In this document: positions 26,400-38,200 of the stretch, one piece after another
How the letters are laid out: every line of letters starts with the position of its first letter
How positions within the stretch are numbered: position 1 is the stretch's first letter
Assembly: GCA_049999805.1 (NCBI GenBank)
Contig: JBNGIO010006320.1
Span: forward strand, 68,842 to 132,841
Direction: 5' to 3'
DNA: 64,000 nt
From: Folioceros fuciformis
Taxonomy: Eukaryota
Notes under the pieces: model-generated
The model's database searches: none
What the model was told of the DNA's origin: nothing
The model's input: the letters and a program-made list of their open reading frames with translations, nothing else
Made by a program: the position numbers and the translations under genes

Positions 26400-27330
26400 C
26401 GAAACGTCAAGGATTATGAAGCTAACTCTAAATAGAATATGGATACATTTCATCCCAAGGTTGAGGAGGCTTTGTTTTCATAGTTTTCAACGATGGAAGG
26501 AAATGTTACTATCTTTGATGATATGTTGTGTGAAATAGGAAAGGTTGGAAAAACCATTAACATTTTCTCATGGTTGGGTGGCAAAGTTTAAACAGCGACA
26601 TGGCATCAAGGGATATGTGAAACATGGAGAAGCTGGAAGCGTTCACACTTCACAAGTAGTCCAAGATAGAATGAAAGCTATGAAAAGTATCATGCGAGGA
26701 TATGAGCCTCAAGACATTTTTAACTTTGATGAAACAAGGTTATTCTATAGATTAGAACCAAACAAAACATTGGTCATGAAGAGATTAAGCAGGAAAAAAA
26801 CTCCAAAGGAAAGGTTGTTGCCTTGATAGCCAATATGGTTAGTAGTTATAAATTACTATCCTTTGTGATCAACGAATCCTTGAGGCCAAAAGCTTTCAGT
26901 AGTCGCAACATTGTATAATTGGAAAATCTGGGTATTCATTGGTCAGCAAACTTAAATGCTTGGATGTCGGTACCTTTATTTGAGCAATTTATTCTCTTTC
27001 TTTATGCAAACATGAAAGTTAGGGCCTACTAATGCCTTGCTTCTTTTGGATAATGCTCTTGTTCATAATCTATCAATTGAGACACAAAGTAGGCTTCAAA
27101 TTTATTGATTTTTTTCCTTTTGATGTTATGGCTCATTACCAATCTCTGGATGTAGCCATTATACAGTCGTTTAAGGCTAATCATAGGAAAAGCGTCATTT
27201 GACATCAAATCCAAGAGATTCAAAATGGTAACTCTCGTAGTATTGATGTATATCATTTTTGTGACTATGTTTGAAAAAGCTTTGGCATATTGATATTAAA
27301 GGGAAAATCATTAAAAATTGTTAGAAACAC
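26400..27330 (+). mobile_element. Degenerate pogo/Tigger-like (Tc1-mariner) transposase, CENP-B-type HTH plus DDE_1 remnant
   Basis: FSHGWVAKFKQRHGI, HGEAGSV, DIFNFDETRLFY, NAWMS, LLLDNA and SLDVAIIQSFK, interrupted by stops and frameshifts. Confidence 0.85.
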
Positions 27331-28844
27331 TCTGGGTTATAGTAAGAGAGAGCAGTGATAACATGTCGGATATAGACTCGAATCGAGTTAGTTTTGAGAC
27401 ATGGAATGTACACAACGATGATGAGCAACATCAAGACAACTAAGCAACATGAAGATTTGTTCAATAGAGATTACGCAGAAATAGAAATGTGTCTTTGTCA
27501 ACTAAGGGATTTGGGACTTGAAACAACAAGATGGACCCCCACTATCTCTACACAAGAATTTGCTCAGTATGAGATGAGAAATGTATGTGCTAACTTTTCT
27601 ATTCTTGATGTAGATGACATACTGGCTTCTATTCAATCTCCACTCGAAAATGAAGTTGTGAATATTAAAAATTCTTCTAAAGAATATTATCCAGAAAGGG
27701 CTATTTTACATCGTACTCAAGTAGAAGATGCACTTGAGATCATAAGCATATTTTTGGAGGAAAAACCAAATGATATGATCTCTATAATTAAGAATTTATA
27801 ACAAATTGAGAATTTTTTTTTAAAAAGGTGGTCATCTTTGAAACGAGTAGAAATAACCCGTTTTCTTACTCCAATTTAAATTTTATTTCTTATTTATTTT
27901 AAAAGTATTATAGTAATAGCATAAGGTGGTATAAGTGAAATAAGGTGAAAGTTAAAAGTAGAAAGATGAAAGCTAAATCTAGAGCTGTCTTGATGAAGAA
28001 GCAAGTATGCTTCTTGCTGCCTTTGGAAACAAATTGTGTGTTCCAGGCAAAACCTCCTAAGAAGGATGGAGTTGTAATGACCACTAGTATTCTAGGATGA
28101 GTGGTGTGTATCATACCCAGTTTTAGCAGTGGCTTAGCTGTGGAGTATAAATAGGCGAGTGTTAGGGTCTTAAGGATATATTGTGATACACTGATACACA
28201 AAGAGGCAGACAGTGAGAAGTCTAGCCTGGAGGCATAGCTGTGGAGGGCTTGAAGAGCAAGCTTGTCAGATAGAGTCAAGGGCAGTAGCCAGTGGGGCGT
28301 AGATCGCCAGACTCTTTGTAAGTATCTGGAATAAAGAGCAGCACCTAGAGGAGGTGGTCTGCGAGTCGTCAGTAGACGGCGGGCTACTTGGAGCCTATAC
28401 TAAGTCGTGTGAGAGGGAGTGAGTGAATTGCAAGTGGAGCGCTGCGGAGTGTTTAGACGAGATTCGAGGCCGTTGCTTCCTTTTAAGCTGCGTAAGGAAG
28501 GGGGCATTACTATTATAATACTTATATTTATATATTTAATAAAATATAATATATATCACAATATATAAAATATGTTTATAATTTCTATATTTTAAATTAT
28601 TTTGATAAATATTTGAATTCATTAATGGTTACACCTCCCTAAATGTTACCCAGTGCCCTACTCCCAACTAGCATTTAGGGAGGGTGGACTGCATGCTAAG
28701 TTACCCTTGTCAGCAAGCGAACCCTGCACCATTACGGCTTGCGAATTGTGATCCCAAAATTCTAAGCTTACCAACGTCGTCTTCGTGCATTCAATGCAGA
28801 GGTGGCCTGACTAATTGACCGCATCCCCCGGTTGACAATTGAGT

Positions 28845-29300
28845 GTGGTGCGGGAGCTGCGAGCGCGGTGTGGTGGAGCTGCGAGGACCGCGAGCGCGGT
28901 GTGGTGGAGCTGCAAGGACCGCGAGCGCGGTGCGGGGGAGCTGCAACGCCTACTAGCGCGATGTGGGGGAGCTGCAAGGCCTACGAGTGCAGTGCGGGGG
29001 AGCTGCAAGGGCTCCGAGCGCAAGGCGGGGGAGCTGCCAGGGCTCCGTGCGCGGTGCGGGGGGGCTGCAAGGGCTGCGAGCGCGGTGCAGGGGCTGCACA
29101 AGCTGCGAGCGCAGTGCGGGGGCTGCACAACCTGCGAGCGCGGTGCGAGGGCTGCACGAGCTGCAAGTGCAGTGTAGGTGCTCCATGAGCTACGAATGTA
29201 GTGCGGGGGTGCGCGAGCTAGGAGTGCAATGCAGAGTGGGGCTACGTGAGCTACAAGTGCAATGCGGGGCTGCGCGAGCTACAAGTTCTGGGAGTGCACT
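28845..29300. repeat. GC-rich degenerate tandem repeat (20-30 bp units, GAGCTGCAAGG...GCGAGCGCGGTGCGGGG)
   Basis: Periodic sequence that produces spurious Ala/Arg-rich ORFs on both strands. Confidence 0.85.
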
Positions 29301-30445
29301 TGGAGGTGTTAGGATGATGGAAACCTCAAGTGAGGCAATTGGAGCTTGGTAGCAAGCACCATGCCTAGACAAGCAGGGCAGCAAGAAACTTGAAGCTATG
29401 GTAGTGGCAGTGGTAGCCCCAGTTGTAGTAGTGACATGTGGTAGTGGTAACCCCAGCTGCGACATAGGGTTGCGCTCACCGTGGGCAAACCTCATTGGAG
29501 TCACTTAAGCTGTTTGGGGTAGGTTGTGTGCAGAACCCCATCGAGGTAGAGGAAGGCCACGAAGACCACATTTTAAGAGCAAAGGACAGGGAGGGCATCT
29601 ACGCGGCCCCCATCCTCGGAAAGGCGAAGGTAGAGATAGCAGGTGGCATGGAGGAGGGTGAAGGTGGAAACCTCGTTGCTACGAAAGCCACAACTAACGA
29701 GGCGGGGGATGGGGAGAGTGGAGTAGCAAGAGGACACAGCACAGAATCTAGCTCGCCTAGGAGAAGGCAACCGCGAAGGCGAATGAGGGAAGTGACATAC
29801 ATGGAGATGTCTTCAGGAGAAGAAGAAGAGGAGAGGAGAGGAGGCGAACCCGACTACGAGGAGCTGCACCAAGAGGGGCAAGCATGCGTCGAGGAATAGG
29901 GGGTGGGAGTGATAGTGCTAATAAAATGAAGGATCTAGTCCGCAATGTGCTATTATTGGTGGGTTTATTGCAAGCGGCTGTGCAAACTTTGGTAGAAGGG
30001 ACCGATTGTCTCATGGCAGGGATCCACACTGTACAGGCATGTATCGACGCTCTAAAGGTGAGTCTAGAGTAAGCAGCTATGAAGCTTAAAGAATTGTAGG
30101 GATCTGGAGCATTCGGCTACAAATCTTCAAAGAATTGTAGAGGACCTGGATGGGCAAATTGGGGCTCTAGCAATGTTAAAAGCAAGTTTAGGAGTTGGCA
30201 AGCCACATGATTTTGGACCCTTGGACCCTCCTTGTTTTGGTACGCACGACATGTGATTTTGGACCCTTGGACCCCTCCCTGTTTTGCTCCTGTTGGTTGC
30301 AATGACAACGAGATTTTTGTTGTTGCTGATTGCAATGTGAGATTCAGATTCCTCGTTTTGTGTAAGGATCTTCATTTCTTGTTTGTGTTTGGTTCACTTT
30401 CTTCTTGCGTTCAAGATGGGGGGCCCGAATAAGCCCCAAGGCAAG

Positions 30446-30601
30446 CCTGATCCGAAAACTAGACAGCGCGAGCCCGATCCGAAACCTAGACAGTGCAAGC
30501 CCGATNNNNNNNNNNCCGATCCGAAACCTAGACAGTGCAAGCCCGATCCGAAACCTAGACAGTGCAAGCCCGATCCAAAACCTAGACAGTGCAGACCCGA
30601 T
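30446..30601. repeat. 27-bp tandem repeat (CCCGATCCGAAACCTAGACAGTGCAAG) spanning an N-gap
   Basis: Directly visible; true copy number unresolved because of the gap. Confidence 0.88.
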
Positions 30602-31443
30602 CGTAGGTCGCACATTGGTAAACCCCAAACCTACCTGCATGCCAAAGGATGCTAAACCCCAAACTTGAAACGATCGCCGTACACCGCCCACAGGCGGTCA
30701 GAGCCCAGGAAGAGCATGATTGAGATGATAAATGGACGGGTTGGTTGCACCAACAACCTGAAATTGCACCAAAGGGGACAACCTGAAATTACACCGAAAG
30801 GGACAGCCTTAAACAGGGAAAACTGGAAGCACATCCGAAAAGATACCCCAGAACAAAATGTGTCCTGCCACACATGGCTTCTTCCAAGGCGCTATCCACA
30901 TTATCTCTAAATTCCAAGTAAGTTCCAAGGGCCCATCTACATTAACTCGAACCTCCAAGTAAGCTGTAGTCCTCGAGAGTCATTCCTTGGAGACATCAGC
31001 ATTAGGTGGACTGGAAGGACAACTTGCATACACCAGGATTAGGTGGAGGGACAACTTTCAAAACCAGTATTAGTGGAGGGACAACTTGCAGCCCCTTGAG
31101 GACCCTTGAGGCCTATTGTTGATGTTTCAAGTTTGTCCCTCACCGTTTAAAGGCCTGGAGTCTTGGTCATAATTGTCGCCTTAAACTGTTGGAAGGACTG
31201 ATGTTGCGTACACTCACACAGACACAAACTAGCCTCAAGTTTGGATCGCAATTCTACCGAGCTTAAAAGATTTGAGATTGCGATTCGACACAGCTTAAAA
31301 GACTTGGTATTGAACGACCTAGGTGAACCGCAGTTTCACAAGCCATGCATTCTAGCACTCACGCTAACAGGTACTCAGTCCAGCATTCGATGGGGAGCCT
31401 TTCACCGACTTGGCAATCAACCCAAACCACTAATAGATCCCAA

Positions 31444-32121
31444 TCAGGTGGAACCTTGAGGCCGATTACCATCTCCAGGATGTCCCCTGCTTGGCAACAG
31501 ACTCAACCACTGCTCTTCAGGAAGAGATCGATCCCAATCAGGGCTAATCCCACCCAAAGTAATTCCCCTCATGGCATCAACGATAGCCCTACAACGTTCA
31601 GGAGGGAGGGGGGCAGACCTTCTTGCAGCATCTGCACGATCAGCCTCCTGAATTGCCCTTTCAGCCTCATTTCTCTTTCGCTCCTCCTCCTGTTCATCTT
31701 CACTGTCCACAAAAAGGGACTCGTCATGGTTGCCAGCCTGGTCCAGGAGCTCCAACCCGCTCACATTGCCATACACGTGAAAGTTCATGCCATTCACACT
31801 GATCACTCTACCTCCCGACAGAGGCTGGCTGCTCACTGCTGCAGTAGCCCCGTTCTCCAGAGGCTCGTAGCCATCAGAGCCCGAGGGATCTTCATCGCTT
31901 GCGTGGCTGGGGGCATCCGAGATGTAAGTGTACAGGAGCTCAGCTGTGACCAGTCCTAGCTGAGGGCCTTCTTCCTCTGCCTCACAAAGCATGGCAATCA
32001 GTTCGGCAAAGATTGCAGGCCGCCGGAGAGCGCCATCCCCAACCCTAGACGCAGCATCTGGCTCGAGCAACGGGGCGAGAGCACGACTCCAGGTCTGGTT
32101 GCTAGTTGGGAAGAGAACCAA
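31444..32121 (-). CDS. MEA1 (male-enhanced antigen 1)-domain protein; true start probably in a short upstream exon near 32316
   Basis: Acidic region followed by RRSAPLPPERCRAIVDAMRGITLGGISPDWDRSLPEEQWL, recognised as the plant MEA1 C-terminal motif. The 5' exon structure is unresolved. Confidence 0.7.
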   Translation of the reverse strand: MVLFPTSNQTWSRALAPLLEPDAASRVGDGALRRPAIFAELIAMLCEAEEEGPQLGLVTAELLYTYISDAPSHASDEDPSGSDGYEPLENGATAAVSSQPLSGGRVISVNGMNFHVYGNVSGLELLDQAGNHDESLFVDSEDEQEEERKRNEAERAIQEADRADAARRSAPLPPERCRAIVDAMRGITLGGISPDWDRSLPEEQWLSLLPSRGHPGDGNRPQGST

Positions 32122-32783
32122 TATGTATGCAGTTCTCTACATTGCTCCAAGGCAAGCCTAATGGACGTTGTGCTTGAGCATCCCGCTTCACCTCACCATA
32201 CAGTCCCCCAATGTGCACTTTCAGGAACTCATTCGAACTCCAAGCAAATTGCCACGCACAAGGACGACAGACAATGCCATACCTGCAGAGGGCGTCAAAG
32301 ATGGCGCCATGGACATGCGTGTTTCAGCGATCTGCACACTTGAACGATCCCTACTGTACTCCACGTCTACGCGGTCTACGTCTCCATGTTCCCGACGTCG
32401 GATGCAGCTGCCATCACAAACGTGGTGCAGTTATGGATCCCGCACTTAATCTTTGTACCGCCGACGACGCCGTTCTTTCTCTGGTTGGCATTGAATTAGA
32501 ACTTGAGTAAATTGGCGTGTGCACGGCATATTTCATTTGATTGTTCAAGGAGTTCACAAATTCGACAAGTAATCCGCTACTTAGCACAGTATCTCGTTCG
32601 TGACCGCTTATTGTGCTTTCTTCCTCGCAATGCCGATGTTCTACCGAAGAGAGCAATGAGAATCTGATGTCATGAGTCTTCGACTGCGTAAAAATGAATA
32701 GAAATATGGTAACTCTGGACAAAATTGGTCCTTCAAAGGCCTGACTAGTGCAACGCGGTGAACGATTCTAGGTCCCCAGAACG

Positions 32784-35700
32784 TCAAACAGCAGCACTTC
32801 CAGCGCTCTCAAACTGTATGCCCAGACGACAAACTGGGTTGCTCTTGATGAGTTTCAAATCCACCTGCAGACAACAGGAGACTGGAGTCAGAAACACTGT
32901 AATCAAATCCTGATTTTATTTCGTGAACAAAGTTGACTTCATTCACCTTGTGTCCAAACAGGTCACGAATGTTATCGATGTGGTACAAAATCATGGTGGG
33001 TCTGCAAACAGCAGGAGCTTAGTTAATTACACATCATAGAAGTGAATGTACTTCAGTGCGAGCACGCGTTTCGGTGACGGGGAACTGACCTCTCCAGAGA
33101 CAAGCCCCAAGCAATAACAGATACATCCTCCGGAAGGCACATGGGCAAAAGCATCTCTGCCCGAATTCCCAACCTCAACCCACTTCTTCAGCCCGTCATG
33201 GTAGCTGGTCAGCCGGTACAGCACAAGGCATGAGAATCAGATCAACAATTGGACAAACAGTCAACATTTATTTAGCTGAATACACAAAGCAACCTGAAAT
33301 TCTCCATGCTAGGTTCCGTGTAAGGATTGTAGGCTGGCTTGAAACGAAGCTCTTTCATGCCTACGCAGGATTGCAGTCAACGAGCAACTGCCTCAGTAGT
33401 TGTACACGGGTGCATCGTGCCATGGCACTTTCATCTCCAATGGTTTGGGAATCAGGCAACAGACAGCTGTGACTCACCAAGTCGAGAAGAAAACTCGTTG
33501 AGGACGCCAATCAAGTCACCCAGAGTAAGACCTCTGTCGCAAATGAGTCCTGCAAATCCATAAGAGAAATACTCTTTCAAACGTTTATCCTTGCCGATTT
33601 GGAAGAGATACGCGCAGAGAAGCACCCTAATTCGAGACAAAAACCAAGGAACAAGACCTACTCGCCTTCAGTTTGGTGAAATTCAGCCAGATGAGTGCGA
33701 TCCACAGCTTCATTCCGGAAAACGCGATCTATCGATAAGTATCTTTTGGGTACAAACTCTTTCTGACATCACGTGCATCCATATCCTCAGCAGGTGCAGT
33801 ACCCCAAGAGCGTCACCTTAAAATCGGCACTTCAAGTACCTGGGCAAGTTTGTAGAGCATTCGGGAAGATACAGCAGTGGTGTGTGTCCGCAACAAATTC
33901 TTCTCTGCCTCGTCCCTCTTCCAGTCATAGTTGTAACTGTTTCAGTGAACTCAGTTCAATCCATCATCGAGCAAGCCAGAGACCTGGGCAGCGTGCATGC
34001 TTGAATGCATACATACCCCATGGATCCATGCCCTCCTGATTCATGCATTGTCTTCACTCTCTGCAAGTACTCCTCAGGGAACGTCCGAGCCTTTGCTGGC
34101 TCTGCGGTTCAAAGACAAAGATCAGATAGCCTGCATAGGAAATAGAACAAGTCACAAATATGACACGTGGGTCATAAACCTTTCAAGAAGAAGGTATCAT
34201 GAGAATCTCGAGCTGGATGCTGCTGTGGCTGAAACAGAGCATCAAAATTCCAAAAACTGCTATCTGAATGACCACATTAGACATCTTGAAGCAAAATCTA
34301 ACTGCTTCAATGCAAAAAACAGTGAGGCTCCTTCAATAAGTTCATTCACAGGCTGAGGGCACAGACGACAGGCTTCATGATTAAATACCTGCTCTCCACA
34401 AAATTATTGGTGGGCATCTCTTCGAACCTGTGCATGTTTGCACGGTATGAGAAGTCATGAATGGTATCTCATCAAGCAGTGGACACATTGAAATGAACAC
34501 GTGAAATATTCTTTATCAGTAACTTGTTTCTATGACTACATACCCCATTTCGAGAAATATTTGCCGGAACTGAGCCCTCACCTGCCATGTCAGAAATGAA
34601 AACATCAGTCAACACCCAGAGCAACAGTTGACGTAGGAAAGCCATTGGACACATGACAGCCTGCACACTGAGTAAAGCTACGTCAACAGGTTCCCAGACA
34701 AGACACGATGGTTTCATCCTCAGATGGATGAGATGAGTCTTCCAGGAGGTGCAGAAGGCCACACCTTCAATAGTGGGTGCAAATGCCCACCATCCGTAGG
34801 TTGACCCAATGCGTTCAGGTTGTAAGGTTTGAACTCCACGTTTTGCCACTGATTACTGCGCACAACAAATACCCTCTTCACCATCTGAAGAACGAAAATA
34901 ATCTGGCTGTGGATGACAGCAATGGGACAACTTGGGAAACTTGCAAAACAACAGAATCTACCTGTGCAGCATATCGCGGGTCAAATCAGTCGCAAACTTC
35001 TGCCTCACTGGTGCATACTTGGTACCTTTCTGCAGTGAGTAGCACTTGGAGATTCTGCATGACCAGATCCAGTCGTTGACCACCTTAGTCACGGAGTGGC
35101 AGCGCACAACGCAGCAAAAGCAAATTGCAGATGCCGCTGAATCCACAGAACATAGCACACGAGGATTCTACGGCATCACTACCTAAGTTCAATCAACTTC
35201 CTCTTCTTCGATTCTACGATATCTGCATCAGAAACTGCTTTCACCTGATGGAGACAAGTCGACAATCATCTTCAAGGTGGCAACAGATCAGAATTACTAC
35301 GACGTGGTGACCATTTACTTCTACGATCTCAACATCTCAAAACCCCCGATCAGGCCCACTTTCCGGCTGCAGAGTCACAACACACGTAAGACAGCGATCT
35401 AGACCATGATGATGGGGACAATATGCAGAGCTATCCTTCACCTCGCCATTCTTTACAGCGACAAGCTGCCGCTGGACAACATCCTCCACTTCAACAACCT
35501 GGTCATTGAATGCATGGTGAGGTTCAAAATCTAGGGAAAGTGCCATAGATGCGTTCGAAACAGGTCAATGATTTTGCCAAGACCTTCCGCGAAACTTTAG
35601 GTTTAGCCTCCAGCCATTTGCTGGCCATAGCCTTATTAAATCCAATCTTAAACACCGCAGCACCGACTTGCTCCTGCATACATGCAAAATGCGGCTCGTA

Positions 35701-36135
35701 TCATGAATGCTTGAAAGCACCAAGGCATTCCAGTACCACGAAAGTTGCAACATTCGAATACCAGCATACCTGTAAGTCATTCCGAGATATGCCTTCCTCA
35801 GGAACAGCAGCGAACACCTGATACTCCGGAGATCCATTCACAGCGTAATCAGCTCCCTCAGAGGTCAACACCCATGTCTTCTTCTCAATGTCCTGCCCAA
35901 AACCCCGCCCGAGGTTTAGCAGCTGCTTCTAACCAGCTCAAAGAAATCAGTGCATTGCATTTCTGGCCAATCTTACCTGCACCTCAACGAAGCTAAACCC
36001 GTTCAAGCTTCTGATCACATCCGCAAGAGCGGCATGATCTATACCTTCCTCCTCCGCCCAGACCTCAGAGTTTGGGATTTCGGAATTGGACTTGAGGTAA
36101 GTCAACACTTTCTCCTCCGCCACCTGACTCCCCAT
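32784..36135 (-). pseudogene. FARSA: Cytosolic phenylalanyl-tRNA synthetase alpha subunit, about 18 exons, frameshifted
   Basis: Exons [58 protein letters not shown] and [13 protein letters not shown]. An apparent 11-nt deletion at about 33158 removes MFRP and shifts the frame. Confidence 0.8.
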
Positions 36136-36827
36136 CACGCTCAATTCGACTTTCAAGCAGACCCCCTTCGCCAAGCTCCGGAGGCAAGTGTTTGCCCCTC
36201 AAATTCCTGATCGGGAAATTGCCACTATTGAAACGGATCGCCTATCTCCTGACAGGCAATCTCCGTAAACAATCTCCGTTCCGTGACAGCTTACCATTCG
36301 CAACAACGGGATAAGTACATTACATGTAGACGGTTTCCGATTCATACCATTCACGTTGAAGGGAGTCAGCTCGGGCCTCCCAATTAGAGGAGTTTCCCAG
36401 TGAACAGGGAGCTCTCGTCAGTAGGGGACTGACTGTACAAGGTGTTTAGCGGTTCACAAACCGCCATGTCTTAGGGCAGAGTTCGTCGCCTGTACTCTCC
36501 GTCTGTTTGCCCTAACTTCTACCGGGTATAAAGTTGTGGCTGCCAGCACTATGTGATTTGTCTTGTTCTGCACTTTTCCGTTACCTGGCTGGGCGGCGGC
36601 TGGGAAGTGGAACTTGGAGGTGAGTTATGCCGCGTCCACGGTGTTCTGGTAGCTCAAGTTGTCCGGTCTGAAATGCCCCGCCTTATGCGATTTGATGACG
36701 CAGATGTGACCAGAGTTGAATTTGCTGTTTCTGAGGTTGATTTCATGGATTGCATCGGGTGCTGCCGTTCCTATACGTTTGTCCATTGTAGTCGGGCTTG
36801 CCGATTAGATTCTTCTGCTAGAGGTAG

Positions 36828-36909
36828 AGGCCTGGGACGAATAATACTCGGCTTTCTATGATGCCATTATGGCCCAGGATTTTACACACAAGGTTCATTT
36901 CTGAGGTCC
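36828..36909 (+). ncRNA. Candidate box C/D snoRNA, target unidentified
   Basis: Terminal stem aggcc...ggtcct, degenerate C box GGGACGA, D' ATGA, small internal stem, and D box CTGA near 36901. Lies just upstream of the two stronger snoRNA copies. Confidence 0.4.
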
Positions 36910-37059
36910 TACCATTTCTTGCTAGGGTTTTATGTTCGAGCTTGTGTGGCTGTCAACTCNNNNNNNNNNNNNNNNNNNNNNNNNNNNNNNNNNNNNNNNN
37001 NNNNNNNNNNNNNNNNNNNNNNNNNNNNNNNNNNNNNNNNNNNNNNNNNNNNNNNNNNN

Positions 37060-37136
37060 TTGCCTTGTAGGCTTTTGCGAAAGGTGTCTGTCACCGTGAG
37101 CAAATTTCAAAATCGACTTCTACTTCCACTGAGCGC
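37060..37136 (+). ncRNA. Box C/D snoRNA copy 1 (5' end lost in N-gap), 18S 3'-end guide
   Basis: Nearly identical to copy 2; guide CGACTTCTACTTCCA immediately followed by D box CTGA (37129-37132) and GCGC. Confidence 0.7.
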
Positions 37137-37375
37137 GTTGTCTGCATGTGCTTGGTCCTCGAATTGTTCGATCTTCCTTGGGTGCAGTAATGTATTCTAG
37201 CAAAGACTGTTGTATTCCTGGTGCGCTGTTCATCTTCAGCCCTCTGAGCTATGAAGTAGCTCAGAGATATAGACTAGGGCCGATTAGGGCTGTTGCTGGT
37301 ATTTGAGTCTACTGTGCGGTAACAATCTATGTCGATGTCTGCCAAGTTGCGAACCTGTCTTCAGCTAGAAATTGT

Positions 37376-37524
37376 GCGCGATGATGAAAGTTGCCTTGTA
37401 GGCTTTTGCGAAAGGTGTCTGTCACCGTGAGCAAATTNNNNNNNNNNTTGCCTTGTAGGCTTTTGCGAAAGGTGTCTGTCACCGTGAGCAAATTCCAAAA
37501 TCGACTTCTACTTCCACTGAGCGC
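37376..37524 (+). ncRNA. Box C/D snoRNA copy 2, probable snoR23-type guide for 18S rRNA 2'-O-methylation (about 85 nt after removing the gap overlap)
   Basis: GCGC terminal stem, perfect C box ATGATGA (37381-37387) and D box CTGA (37517-37520). The guide is 13/14 complementary to the plant 18S sequence GGAAGGAGAAGUCG. Confidence 0.8.
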
Positions 37525-38117
37525 ATTGTGTGCATGGGCCTGGTTCTTGAAGTGTTCGATCTGTCTCGTAATGTATTTGGGCAACGGCTCTCGTATTCAT
37601 GTTGCCTTGTCCCTGATCATCCCTCTTGGCTATGAAGGAGCAACTTTCGGTCCTACAGCTCTCGCTTGTATGTGAGTATACTGAGCGGTCAAAACTGTGT
37701 CCGTCGTATGCCCAGTTGCCAATGCCCGACGATGAGATTTGCCTCCTAAGCTTTCCTCAGGAAAGCCTCCCAAACCTTAGGAGAATTGGGGCATTTTTTC
37801 TTTAAAAAATGGGATATTTCTCAAAAAAACAAAAGACTTTGAGCCTCCAACCGAACTCAATAAAGCTCCCCTTGATAAATATGGCTTTCAGATCTTTTTT
37901 TTAAGAAAAAAATTATTTCTTATCCTCTTCTACTAAAAATATGTATCTTCAATCTGCCATATATATTATATTGTACACTATCTAGGGGGTATTGGACAAT
38001 CATTTCCTTTTTCATAAAAGTTCTATAGATATGGATTGACTATACTTGTAAACATATGACCATACTTGTAGTTTGACTTTTTATATATGTGAAGGCTATG
38101 TATCATTTGCACAAGTG

Positions 38118-38200
38118 ATGTTTCCTATGCGAAGGTTATGTTTCCTATGCAAACGCTATGTTTCCTATGCGAAGGCTATGTTTTCTATGCGAAGACTATG
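38118..38200. repeat. 20-bp tandem repeat (ATGTTTCCTATGCGAAGGCT), about 4 copies
   Basis: Directly visible. Confidence 0.85.

Noticed and set aside
29495-30072. Acidic/basic ORFs within the repeat block
   Set aside because: Low complexity and interrupted by stops; probably TE-derived but not assignable.
33480-35200. FARSA T-to-C codon changes as nuclear C-to-U RNA editing sites
   Set aside because: Other changes (I-to-N, G-to-C, the deletion) are not editable, and plant C-to-U editing is organellar, so decay is the simpler explanation.
36690-36737. TGATGA...CTGA box pair
   Set aside because: Only about 42 nt, too short for a C/D snoRNA, and no recognisable guide.
37242-37324. Hairpin CTCTGAGCTA/TAGCTCAGAG with possible H and ACA boxes
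   Set aside because: It is not conserved in the second repeat unit, and the two-hairpin H/ACA fold is unconvincing.
37391-37494. Apparent third snoRNA copy (47 nt repeated either side of a 10-N gap)
   Set aside because: Most simply explained as an unmerged contig overlap, though an extra copy inside the gap cannot be excluded.
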